Position numbers and translations under genes: made by a program. A stretch of DNA of 61,583 nt, the filler included, from Stramenopiles sp. TOSAG23-3 (Eukaryota): the NCBI GenBank assembly GCA_900128585.1. It is 12 parts of 12 records of this genome, joined end to end, with 100 filler letters (N's around TTAATTAATTAA, not from the genome) between each part and the next. Parts side by side here need not be neighbours in the genome. Positions count along the whole stretch, not along the records: positions 20,588 to 25,630 come from LT643627.1; positions 25,731 to 30,772 come from LT643628.1; positions 30,873 to 35,914 come from LT643629.1; 9 more parts are not named here. One strand, given 5' to 3'. The notes under the pieces are model-generated. The model had not been told where the DNA came from. It was given only the letters and a program-made list of their open reading frames with translations, and did no database searches. Positions 21,949 to 32,814 of the stretch are shown here, piece after piece; within the stretch, counting starts at the first letter, position 1; every line of letters starts with the position of its first letter.

Positions 21949-24900
21949 TTATGGAGGATCTTTAAATTCGTACGGCCCTTTTGGGTATGGGTTCTCCGCT
22001 GGAAAACGTACTCCTTGAGCCCCCAAGTCTACATTCGGGACATCATATGCGTGACGGTGCACGTACTTAGTATGGCTGTGCTCTGGCGGCCCCCCCGATA
22101 AACTATAATCCTTCACATCGATACCATTTGGTCCCACTTCGCAGCCTACGCAACATATATCACGAGTGTCTCCCTCTGAACAAAACTCAGGGGTTGGGGT
22201 GACGGCAGTTCTGTCACAGTATTCTTTTCCGTCGGCTGTCAATTTTGTTTCGCAGGGAATATCATTGAGCTGAGAAGCTTGCCACGTGAATGGAGGATCG
22301 CCGTACGGAAGATAAAGCTCATGCTCAGTTTCAAAATATTCAACATAGTATTCGTAAGGAAGTGGTGTGCATTTTCTACCGTTGATATCCGTTCCCAATG
22401 GCTGTCCCGGAAAATTAACTTTGCTCGGGTCGCAATTTCTTACCTCTCGTACGTCCATCTGGGATCGATATAGTGGTGCTCGTCATAGCCTTCGAATAAG
22501 TTTGCACGCTCATATGCATCATAACGATCTGCATCAGGGTCATCACTCCCGACACTATACGTCCAGGGTCCACTTCCACGAATCATTCTCCCCTGGTTGT
22601 CCCGAACAGCCAAACCGTACTTATTTTTCCACACAGCATCGTCATTGTTGTTCTCGCCGTATGTTTTTTGGCGGGGATGGGGAATTTCATGGTATTTGTG
22701 CGTTGTCATACCCGTATCAGAAAATGTGCCATTAGTAGTCCAGTCTTCTCTATATACGTAACTGCTGTCGTAATCGTAAGTGTTACTGGGTCCTTTCGGT
22801 CCACCCTTCATCTTGAAGTCGGTTTGGCCATTTGGCAAACCGTTTGCAACAGGCATATTGTCGTCATTCCATGTACCCTTGTACCGGAACATGCGCCCAG
22901 GACTAAACGGTTGCCCCATCCATGGCTCGGGAATGTGGTCATCTCGAAAGCAGTTTCGGTCGATCTGTCTCCTTTCGGCCCGATCAACAAGTGTGTTTAC
23001 GCCTTGCCGACCCTGCCACTGTCTCCTACCATCAAGTTGGTCCTTAAAATTAACGGGCGAATCGACGCGATCGTTGTACTTAGATGTATACTGCCAAAAC
23101 CGATTGTACCAATCCGGCTCTACTTGTGCGAATGTAGGTTTGTCAAAACCTGTAGCAGCAGTATAACTCTTAAGGGCCAGTCTCTCAGATAACCCCCGGG
23201 ATCTCCCAGTATAACTTGTCTGGTCGCTGTCCGATCCCCACGTTTGAACTGGTTCCGTACTACTAGATCCTTCATCTTCCGCAGCCCATCCTAGATAATT
23301 CTTCACATCTACAATCTTCGACAGACTTTGCATATCCCCGGCTTCTCCCTCGATAATATTCATCCACCCCGTAATGTCCAAGTAATCATCCGTCAAACGA
23401 CTTATTGCAACATATTTTGTACGCCGCATGTGTACTAATTGTGTAGGGCCGATGAGTTTATCGGGAACCGTCGTGTGGGTGGGGTTGTCGGCAATATTAC
23501 CATCTTCATAATTTTCTACCCATGGTTGGGGTTTTACTGTAGGAACCGAGGAGGGCATCCAGTAATTATTTGTCGATACGTTTGGGTATTTGAAACGAGT
23601 TTTGACCGGATCTTTGATTTCGTGACCTTCAAAATAAGGAGGGCCTAATCCGTACGTCGTCGGACGGCAATCGTTTCCGTCGTCATCTTTCCTGTTGAAC
23701 ATGTGCGGGGGAATTGACCCAATTTGATCTCTGTGAAGCTTTGGTAGAAAGTCTGGCTGGGCCATACATTGTTCAGAGGGTTTCAGATATTTGTACTTTT
23801 TGTCCTCTTTCCGAAGGCGTTGGTTGCAAATATCGTCGTTGTCGTCATAACCTTCATGATAAAATGAGCGATGATAATTTAAGCCGTAGTTGCATGTTCC
23901 GTTTTCGTACTTCACAGACTCCCACAATGGCTGCATCACCGGCTCGGGAAGATGATAACTTGTTGTTGCGTAATAGGTTCTTGCAAGGTGGGCAACCCCT
24001 TTGTCATCCTGTATGACCGTCATGTCGTGGGTTTCATTCGTGTCAGGTCGAAAACTCCTCACAAATGCGTATGGGCCGTTCGGAAAATCACTAATAGCCA
24101 CGGCGGCAAGCCCGCGCGAGCCCGTTCTGTTCAGCTTGTCGTCTAAATGCATCCACATTACATACTTCTTTGTGTTCGGGTTGAACAGTACTTTTGGTCT
24201 TTCCACAATCAAATCTATGTCGGGCTTGCCAGTTTCGTCATCTGTCAAGTTTGAAAAATGAAGAACTGTCCCTTCGTTTCTCCATGTGACAAAATCACTT
24301 GTCGAGCACGCAGAGACACTACCATTCAAAAAGCTTTCTGTACCAACACCATGATGCTCTCCAAACCAATAGTACCGGCCTGTACTACCTGCGCCTTTCG
24401 GATCTATCCATGATCCGTCTCCGCCCGGCAGTCCCGTTGTCTGTGACATATCTTTCGTTGTTTCTGAAATCTCGTCGCGATTAAAGTCGTCAAACATCAG
24501 AACAGAAAAGTCAACCGTGCCCATAATTATGTCCTTGTCTCCATCGGGGGAAAAGGTAGTCACGTCCGTCCGGAACAACTTGTGGAGGGGGCCAGAGTTT
24601 GGTAACACTCCCCCATAATCAAACTCTGGTCGGAAACGATTACGACGCTTTAAATGAGATACATGCTGCTTCGACTTGAAGAAACGGGCAGTGCGTCCAT
24701 ACGTATCGTCATCCAAGGCGTCTACTCCCCATCCGGTTTCGAATGGGCGGTTAATTTCAAGCCCCCCCTCGGTCTTTTCTGTGGTAGGAATTGATATTGG
24801 GCACCTGAAACCAGCGGTAAAATCTTTGCCTGCAAACACTTCATCGTACCAAGTAGTAGTCCCTTCGTAGCTATAAAATCCCAGCTTGCCAACGTGCCTT

Positions 24901-25551
24901 CCTCGAAAGACACGATCGATGACCCTAACATTATCGTCAACACGAATCATGTACGTCTGGTTCACCCAATTTATAATTACATCAAATTTATACCATCGGT
25001 CGTGCTGAGCAAATTCCATCACAACCGCCTCTTTTGAGTCCATTGCTATCCCCGGCAGTGTATCGTAGTTTGCGGCGTGCTTAAAATGCCCGTTCATAAC
25101 TGCAATTCCAATCAGCACCTCCCCACCTGACGTTGTGGGAGTTGAGTCGTCGGCTGATTCATAGAGTCCGGGGGGATTAGCGTCTTTTGTCTCGTGATCT
25201 GGCGGGTGAATCGCAAAGTATGAACCTACATTATTCCTGTCTGTTCCTTGCATATAATCACCAAACTTCATGAAAAATGTAACGCGCATAGGTTTGATAC
25301 CAGCTGGGTTCAAACGAGCAAACGAATATCGCAAGCCTGTAAACGGCATGGGCTCGTTCTTGACGAACCCGGCCCTTGTAATTGTCTGGTGCCTTCCTGT
25401 CAAGACTAAGGAGCGACTTGTTCCAAAGGCACCTTGTGTTACGTCTACATAGGCCGACAGCAAAATATCCGTTGCTTCAAATATCGTCCCGTTCCCCCCT
25501 TGAGCTGCTGCCTCACTTTCGATCCCCCCGTTGCCTTTTCCGCCGCTCACC
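21949..25551 (-). CDS. Large 5'-partial protein with lectin-like domain and GH43 (subfamily 24-like) beta-propeller segment; frameshift near 22447
   Basis: YYWFGE, VSACSTSDFVTWRNEG, IVERPKV.FN..TKKYVMWMHLD, VAISD.P.GPY.FVRSFRP, DMTVIQDD.G, ISRLTDDYL. ORFs 22440-25616 and 21949-22458 join in frame (WTYEVRNC) if a duplicated AG is removed; 25552-25630 is an inverted copy and not part of the gene. Confidence 0.75.
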
Positions 25552-25630
25552 GAGGTAAGAAATTGCGACCCGAGCAAAGTTAATTTTCCGGGACAGCCAT
25601 TGGGAACGGATATCAACGGTAGAAAATGCA
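25552..25630. repeat. Exact 79-bp inverted copy of 22368-22446 at contig end
   Basis: GAGGTAAGAAATTGCG...AGAAAATGCA is the reverse complement of TGCATTTTCT...TCTTACCTC. Confidence 0.95.
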
Positions 25631-25883
25631 NNNNNNNNNNNNNNNNNNNNNNNNNNNNNNNNNNNNNNNNNNNNTTAATTAATTAANNNNNNNNNNNNNN
25701 NNNNNNNNNNNNNNNNNNNNNNNNNNNNNNTTAAACTTTCGTACATGGTCATATTGTCTGTCATATTGTAATAAATACAGAGTAGTACCGTACCGGTACC
25801 AGTATGAATTCGATTGAAAGGGGCTATGATATATTCCATTGTATAATATATATTATTACTAAAATATAACATTTTTTATTCAT

Positions 25884-27671
25884 TTATACTCCATCCTGTT
25901 CTGGGACACCAAGTTTTAGGCCGTCCTTGTAATCGGTTCCTTTTTCCAAGACAATCTTGGACTGCTGAATATGATCTTGTAAAGCATCAAGGACATCTTT
26001 TTTCTTTTTCAACTCTTTTGATTTCACATCATATCCGAGTCTACCAAGATAAGCCTTGGCGTCGTCCCCTCGCATGCGTTTTTTCTCAAGGGTGAAGAAG
26101 TCCAGTACACTTACCAATTTTTTGGCAGCATCCTCAACCTCGTTCACCCTCTCATCTGCCCGCTCAATGACCTGTTTTTTCTCCAGGGACATTTTTAAAT
26201 TTGCCCTCTTCCGGCGCAGGACCTCATCTTCTAGCAGGGTGACTTTATTTTCCAAGTTCTTTTTCATGCTGATATATGTACCTTTGGTCAAAGAATCCTT
26301 CACCATCAATGTGCTAACCAGCTTGGCGTGGTTGAACGCCATGGCAATCATCAAAACGGTCTCTCCTTTTTCGTTTCTAATATCACAGTTAATTCCGAGG
26401 TGTGAAAGGAGCGCTTCTGCTGCAGCCATATTTTTGTTTGAAACTGCGTAGTGCAATGCTGTGTTTTTCTTAGTGCACTGTACATTTGGGTCGGCACCGT
26501 ACTTGAGCAGAACTTTGATGGCGGAAGAATTGCCGTTTCGGGCTGTCCAGTGCAAACTTGTGAGCCCGCTCTGTCTTTCCGCAGCATGCAGATTTGCCCC
26601 AGATTTAACTAAATGCTTCACGACGTCCGAAGAATTTTGCTTGGAAGCGGAAATTAATGGAGTTACGCCAGTCTTCGGGTGGGAATAATTGACCAACGAA
26701 AACGTTTCAGACTCGCTTAAAGTGGAGGCTAAGATTGACCGCAATGCCGTGATGTCACCACTAGCGCACGCGTTCAACATAAGGGCTCCTTCTTCTTCGA
26801 TAGCACTTTGCGCTTTCTTTGTCCCTGACGCCAAGCGCATCGCTCGAGCGATTCGCTCGATCTCGTTCGGAGCGCGATGACTCTGCACAGCATCAAAGTG
26901 GGTTCTAGTCACTCGGCATGCCTCGTTCTCGTCGTTTTTTGCATTGTTGGTAGAAAAGAGAGTCTCTATGAGGTAAATAATTGAATCTACGTGCTGGTTA
27001 AATCTAATGCAGTTCAATAAAGGATCGATTTTTCCCCCTTCTGGGTGCAACCCCGACCCGTCCACTCCCCTGCGCTTCATGATAGACCGTAGCAAAACTG
27101 GGGACCCAAACCTAGACGCAAGAAACAATGGATTCTCCCCACGTTCGCCTGAAATGGAGTCATCGCTAGTATTTGCCCCGCACCGAAGTAATTGTAACGG
27201 AATGTTTTCCGTCTCTGTGTTACCATATCGCAGGCTTATCACCAACGCCGTATCGCCGTTGTTGTTCTTACTGTTTACTTCAATGCCAGTTTCCTGAAGC
27301 AATTTCTTTACCATATCAATTTTTTGTGCTTTGCAAGCCTTCATAAGCGCTGTTGTGCCATTTATATTTTTTGCGTTCACGTTCGCATTCAACCGTAACA
27401 ATTTTTGCACGGTTCCTAGTGCGTTGCGAGACGTTGCAATATGAAGTGCGTTATCCCCTGTCTTCTGCACGTACGATTCTACGTCAAATCCATGCTTTAC
27501 CATTTCAGTCAAACGATCTGCGGGGGCCGTGGTGTTTGCAGCCCGTGGATCAACCACAAGAAAAGATGAAAATGGTTTTGTTCGAGTGCTCTGTACTATG
27601 TCGTGTCGCAAAACATCCCACCAACTTTTCAAGGACAACCCCCCAAGTTCTGAGAGCGGCGAACTATTCAT
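25884..27671 (-). CDS. Ankyrin-repeat protein with C-terminal coiled coil
   Basis: Multiple G-x-T-A/P-L-H/M-x-A repeats (GDNALHIA, GTTALMKA, GDTALVIS, GVTPLISA, GLTSLHWT, NTALHYA, GETVLMIA) in two blocks. Confidence 0.9.
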   Translation of the reverse strand: MNSSPLSELGGLSLKSWWDVLRHDIVQSTRTKPFSSFLVVDPRAANTTAPADRLTEMVKHGFDVESYVQKTGDNALHIATSRNALGTVQKLLRLNANVNAKNINGTTALMKACKAQKIDMVKKLLQETGIEVNSKNNNGDTALVISLRYGNTETENIPLQLLRCGANTSDDSISGERGENPLFLASRFGSPVLLRSIMKRRGVDGSGLHPEGGKIDPLLNCIRFNQHVDSIIYLIETLFSTNNAKNDENEACRVTRTHFDAVQSHRAPNEIERIARAMRLASGTKKAQSAIEEEGALMLNACASGDITALRSILASTLSESETFSLVNYSHPKTGVTPLISASKQNSSDVVKHLVKSGANLHAAERQSGLTSLHWTARNGNSSAIKVLLKYGADPNVQCTKKNTALHYAVSNKNMAAAEALLSHLGINCDIRNEKGETVLMIAMAFNHAKLVSTLMVKDSLTKGTYISMKKNLENKVTLLEDEVLRRKRANLKMSLEKKQVIERADERVNEVEDAAKKLVSVLDFFTLEKKRMRGDDAKAYLGRLGYDVKSKELKKKKDVLDALQDHIQQSKIVLEKGTDYKDGLKLGVPEQDGV

Positions 27672-28010
27672 TTCCTACTCTTTCCTTCCGAAAAGCAGTC
27701 ACTGAATGAAATCCTAATATTATCTTTGGTAAAAATATCCAATTCTCTTAAACTGTGTCTCTTCCAAAAATCGAAAAGAAAATGCATGCCCCACGTACCA
27801 AATTCTTTACATTAATCATATCGTACACCACACCGAAATTCTCTTTCTTTTGTAATACGAAAATGTAATGTAACAAAAATATTTATCTTGAGATGAAATA
27901 AGTGAATAGCTCAACGGATGTAATATTAAATACATCATAGTAATATACTTTATATTGGATGTTTTGTACTTGTGCACAATAATTGGTGGTCTGGTCCATC
28001 CATCATCACT

Positions 28011-29021
28011 TCACACAGAAGAAGTGCTTGTCTTTTTTCGTTTTTTGTCATGGTCACCATCGTGTTTGCAGATACGCTTTCCATTTTGGTTTTGCCTTTT
28101 TTCCTGTTCTGGAAGCCAGTACAGAACTTTGTTTCTACCCAAAAATGGCAAAGAAGTTTGCAAAATCCGAGGGTCTTTCTCTCGTAAATATTGCAAAAAG
28201 CTATTGTAGCGCTTGACGCCTTGGCCTGTGCTCAATTTTCTATCAGGGAAAAGTGTCGGGTACACGCAACAGGGAACTATGGCAAAGGGCACGTTCAATC
28301 TAAACGCAATGTCAACGATAGACTCAGTGGCCTGATCTGGGTGCATACCGACAAAGAAGCTAGCATTCTTGCAAATGCCCGTGTGCGTGTTCACGAAATC
28401 GTCGTTGAACTTCTCTTGGACTATTTCAATAAGACTATTGTCGTTGTTTCGGTTTTTGTATGTGCGAGGCTCTACGAGGGTGCACCGTATTGCGTTACCC
28501 CCTTGCTGTGCGAGCTCGACGCTTAACGTCCCCCGCCCCCCAGCGACGTCGATAACCCCTGTCCCAGCTCCCAATAACTCGGTGCCCCAGTTGTCTATCA
28601 ACCAGGCCGCAAAAATTCTGTTTCTCTCTTCCTTCCCTTCTGTTTCGCGCTCGTGGCCGTCTTCGCAATCTTTCTCTTCCGGTACAGCCTTTATCGAATT
28701 TACATTTACGGCGTGCAAGACTAGAGCGCCTCGTTTGTTTCTTCCTTCTTCCCTGCGCTCCACAGTTATGTCGGCAATCGCCGGCAGAGGGATACTTCCC
28801 TTGCGAATAACGGTACCAATAAGAAGTACATCCACTTGCTCGTCCAAAAAACTACATTTAGCTTTCTTTTTTCCCTGCTCCTGTACTTTATCCAGCACCA
28901 AACCACTATACCACTCCATTTTCTTTGAAAGTACTTTGCGACGAACTATTCTGACAAGCAACCGCCGAGGAACTGGCCCGCCTTCCTCCGTTGGAACAAT
29001 GTTCATTTCGGAAGATTTCAT
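28011..29021 (-). CDS. Class I SAM-dependent methyltransferase-like protein with N-terminal OB-fold-like segment
   Basis: VIDVAGGRGTLSVEL (motif I), VGMHPDQATESIVD, PFAIVPCCV; N-terminal beta-rich segment; basic C-tail. First ATG at 29021. Confidence 0.75.
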   Translation of the reverse strand: MKSSEMNIVPTEEGGPVPRRLLVRIVRRKVLSKKMEWYSGLVLDKVQEQGKKKAKCSFLDEQVDVLLIGTVIRKGSIPLPAIADITVERREEGRNKRGALVLHAVNVNSIKAVPEEKDCEDGHERETEGKEERNRIFAAWLIDNWGTELLGAGTGVIDVAGGRGTLSVELAQQGGNAIRCTLVEPRTYKNRNNDNSLIEIVQEKFNDDFVNTHTGICKNASFFVGMHPDQATESIVDIAFRLNVPFAIVPCCVYPTLFPDRKLSTGQGVKRYNSFLQYLREKDPRILQTSLPFLGRNKVLYWLPEQEKRQNQNGKRICKHDGDHDKKRKKTSTSSV

Positions 29022-29447
29022 GTCCCTCCATACATAAACTGAAAAACTCACTACTCTTATTCCCTACTTCTAGTCTACCGTGAAAAGTTTGTCTCTTCTA
29101 CGTTGATCGATACGACACGTTCACACTTGATCGCATCTAAAATAAGTAGACACTATTAATCAATTCAGAAGAAGTTCGGTACGTACCGTGGTGTATTTTT
29201 TATATTATTTTTTTGTTGGCAGCACGCACCAGCAGCAGTTCCAATAATAGTATTATTACCAAGGTATAATTAAGTATAATAAAAAATGCCAGCAGCAGCA
29301 GAGTACGGTACAAATAAAAATTAATAATAAAATATTATATATAAATACAATTAAATAAAAGAAGCAAATAAAAAAAAATATATGACGATTATTTATTATT
29401 GAGATTTACCGGTACGCTACGTACAGAATTCACCTCTCCCACAAAAT

Positions 29448-30173
29448 TCAATTGCAAAGGGCTGACAGGGATGGAGGAAGGGTCACTTCATTTGTTGAGG
29501 GACGGTTGCCATCGTAAGTAAGGAATACAATGTTCACCGTTGTTGACTTTGGTATACTCTGCATGCTGACGGCCAACAAATTGCCGTCAAAGGCACTTAC
29601 AAATGCTACAGTAACACCCTCGGCGTTCTTAGTAGCATAACCTGCCGCAAGCATGTTGTTGATGAAAGTGAAACCGATAAATTTGGCCCCAGCGACCTGC
29701 GACAATATGTCCAAAGTCCGGGATCTGTGGTTTTGCAAAGCTGGTTGAGCTTTGCAGACCAACTGCTTTTCTACCATATAAAAGCTCACCTGTCCGTGGG
29801 ATTTTCCACCGTCCAGCGGTCCTTGGTAAGTGCAGACCGGGGTTTTGACGGTGGGTGCCATAGAGTTTGTCGCAGTCATTTGCAAAACCGATTGGTTTAA
29901 AATATTATCTTGTGCAACACGGCCGCTGAGGGTGACGTTTGTTTTTTCACGTACGAAGTTTTCCAGAATATATCCGGAGAACCCCCCCGGTGTATCCAAG
30001 GGCATGGCAGCCTGCAGTAAGCCTGGATCAACCATCTTGGTATTAACAGGGTTTGAAAGAATTGATTTTGCCCATTCAAGGCCGTTAGAAACATCCGCAA
30101 ATTTCAGGTCGAAAGCCGAAACAGAGCCGACCATGGAGGCGACCAAGAACAATATGGTCAACTTTTGCAACAT
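29448..30173 (-). CDS. Secreted hypothetical protein
   Basis: Signal peptide MLQKLTILFLVASMVGSVSA-F; 241 aa, beta-rich; no recognised family. Confidence 0.7.
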   Translation of the reverse strand: MLQKLTILFLVASMVGSVSAFDLKFADVSNGLEWAKSILSNPVNTKMVDPGLLQAAMPLDTPGGFSGYILENFVREKTNVTLSGRVAQDNILNQSVLQMTATNSMAPTVKTPVCTYQGPLDGGKSHGQVSFYMVEKQLVCKAQPALQNHRSRTLDILSQVAGAKFIGFTFINNMLAAGYATKNAEGVTVAFVSAFDGNLLAVSMQSIPKSTTVNIVFLTYDGNRPSTNEVTLPPSLSALCN

Positions 30174-31027
30174 TGTACAAATAGAATTTTCTGTGCACGA
30201 ACGTAAAGTAAATATGCAAATGGAAATCTGAATTATAAATAGGAATGTAATGAAACATACAAAAAGCAAATCTCATCATTTACATTTCTACGGATTTTCT
30301 GCCAACTCATTTTGTTTAAAGATATATTACTAACAACTTCAACTACTTCTCCTCCTCGTACTAACGAGGAGGAGAACCAATTCCCAATAATAATAATTTA
30401 TTCTTCTTCTACCTTGGGTACGGTAGGTACAGGTACCAGGTACCGGTACTTCCTTGATGAGAGGAGTATTTCATCTTCTTCGTCCTCCCTCCTCCTGGGT
30501 TGTATAATAATTTAAATTGATTTTTTAATTCTGTTTATTTTATTTATTATTATAGGTCCGTAGTTCCGTCTTCTTGTTTATTATACCTTTGTAAATATTA
30601 TATTATACCTGTACAGCATTCATCTGTTGTCTTCTTCTCTTCTTCATCATATTTTTAACCTCCTCATACTCCTCTTTTTTCTTCATTCATTCATTTATTG
30701 CTCATCATATGACGTTATATTTCTTGGCTTAATTACTACACTGGTCGCTGCGTGAGCTGCATCACTTTTGATNNNNNNNNNNNNNNNNNNNNNNNNNNNN
30801 NNNNNNNNNNNNNNNNTTAATTAATTAANNNNNNNNNNNNNNNNNNNNNNNNNNNNNNNNNNNNNNNNNNNNAAAATGACGATGTGGAATCCAAAGCAAT
30901 TTTATTAACTAATTAATAACACAAAGAAAAGATCGAAGAAGAAATGATCGCTCTTTCCTCCTCACCTCACCTCCCTCACCTCCCTCACCTCACCTCCAGT
31001 TTGTTCCCTTGATTGATTGTTGCCAAC

Positions 31028-31166
31028 TACGAAGACTTGTTTTTTATACCGGTATATTAATAACTTGGTTCGGTTCGTTCCAATTTAATTTTATTTACGA
31101 AGACTTGGTTTTTATACCGGTATATAAATAACTTGGTTCTTCGGTTTCTTCCAATTTAATTTTATT
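31028..31166 (+). repeat. Two imperfect ~68-bp tandem copies, each containing palindrome TATACCGGTATA
   Basis: TACGAAGACTTG...TATACCGGTATA...AATAACTTGGTTC...CCAATTTAATTTTATT at 31028 and 31096. Confidence 0.85.
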
Positions 31167-31653
31167 TTCATTTTATTTTTTAATTTAATTGCCTGTGGTG
31201 TTGTTTTGGACGACCATCCATTGTCTGTAATTGTCGTAAACGACTTGTTTCATCCTTCTTCTATCAAAATGCATTTGTATTATATCTAATAGGATATTTA
31301 TATAATAAAAAAGAAGTACACAATGTACATTGTTAAAGCAAGAAACAGAAAGACAGCCCTTTTTTCCTTTCTTATCTTCTTCTCTCCCTCGTCCTCCTCC
31401 TTTTTTCTTTCTTCTTTCTTCTTTTTTCTTATTATCTTCTTCTTCTCAGAGGAGTGTTCTTTCTTCTATTCTAGCAACATCATCGTCCAGTATCTTCTTT
31501 CAGCATGTTGCTCGGTCCGCCATTCCTTTCGTGTTCCAACCACTTTAATTTAAAAAAGTGCACTCGAAGCGGCAGAGAAATTAAGTGTATTCGCGTTTTT
31601 GTGCAATAATAACCCCCTTCTTCCATCTTTAACCGATAAAATATACTCTGAAC

Positions 31654-32109
31654 ATGTCTTGGCAAGCGTACGTAGATACTCAGCTTGTGGCAACCCAGCA
31701 CGTCAAAGACGCCTGCATGCTTGGCGCAGCGGACGGAAGTGTTTGGGGACTTACCGGCGATTTTCAGCCCCGTTACTACGAGGCCGACACGTCTGACGAT
31801 CAAGGGAATGCTATTAAGATCACTGTGAACGAAGTCAACGACCTCTTGGCGTGCTTCCAAAACTATTTCGCGTCTGCCCCTGCGACAGGTTTGCGCGTGA
31901 ACGGCGTTAAGTATATGTGGCTCGGAACGGCCGAGGAGAACGGTGTAAAGTATGTCCGTGCCCAAAAGAGCCAAACTAGCCTTTGCATGGCTGCTAGTAA
32001 TACTTGCATAGTGATTGCCACCGCCGATAAATCAGCCGGGCAGGTGTTCACCTCGTGCATCACCGCAGTTGTCAACCTGACCGCATACCTGAACGAAAAT
32101 GGATACTAA
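31654..32109 (+). CDS. PFN: Profilin
   Basis: MSWQAYVD, ACMLGAADGSVW, GLRVNGVKYM, C-terminal LTAYLNENGY. Confidence 0.93.
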   Translation: MSWQAYVDTQLVATQHVKDACMLGAADGSVWGLTGDFQPRYYEADTSDDQGNAIKITVNEVNDLLACFQNYFASAPATGLRVNGVKYMWLGTAEENGVKYVRAQKSQTSLCMAASNTCIVIATADKSAGQVFTSCITAVVNLTAYLNENGY

Positions 32110-32248
32110 TGACCTAGTAGGTACAAAGAAGTAGACGACACGTGAAGGAGGAAGAAAGTGCCCAAACCACACGCAAACCTCTCAGCGGCAGCAGGTGGGA
32201 CGAATGGACGTTCGTTGGAGAGTGACAGAGAGATTCTTTTCTTTAAAA

Positions 32249-32310
32249 CAAGAAAATTGGCTGTTATTTAAGTATTTAAAATTAATGTACTGCGAACTGA
32301 ACTCTAAATT
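32249..32310 (+). mobile_element. Dispersed repeat / MITE-like family copy (left end)
   Basis: CAAGAAAATTGGCTGTTATTTAAG...ATTAATGTACTGCGAACTGAA, matching the copy at 21695. Confidence 0.65.
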
Positions 32311-32405
32311 TCGAACTAAATCCCTTTTAATACATATTATTATTAGACCTAATTCATTAATTGCCTTTTCTTCTTCTTTCTTTCTTTCTTTCTTTCTTCT
32401 TCTTT

Positions 32406-32536
32406 NNNNNNNNNNNNNNNNNNNNNNNNNNNNNNNNNNNNNNNNNNNNNNNNNNNNNNNNNNNNNNNNNNNNNNNNNNNNNNNNNNNNNNNNNNNNNNN
32501 NNNNNNNNNNNNNNNNNNNNNNNNNNNNNNNNNNNN
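32406..32536. other. Within-scaffold assembly gap (no linker)
   Basis: N run lacking the TTAATTAATTAA linker, preceded by a CTT/CTTT microsatellite. Confidence 0.9.
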
Positions 32537-32814
32537 TAATACATTTACTAAAACAAACTGAAGAAATTCAAAAAAATTATATCATCAAATTTCATATTTT
32601 TATATTCCCACCGATATGTTTTAATCTGATGAACCGTTACCGTTGTTACAGCCTTTTTATCGATTCTAACACAGTCGTTAGTAAAAGCAAAGGATTCGAG
32701 GGAGTGAAAGAAATACAACACAGTTGCATAACCACCACCGCCGCCGCCAACCCCCGCGGTCGCTGTTGCTCGCCAGGCAAGGGAGTATTTTGAATTATAT
32801 AGCACTAGGTTGGG

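Noticed and set aside
22437..22446. AG/GTAAGA as an intron donor explaining the GH43 frameshift
   Set aside because: Downstream sequence is a long coding-like open frame and the site coincides with the inverted-duplication edge; a join error is simpler.
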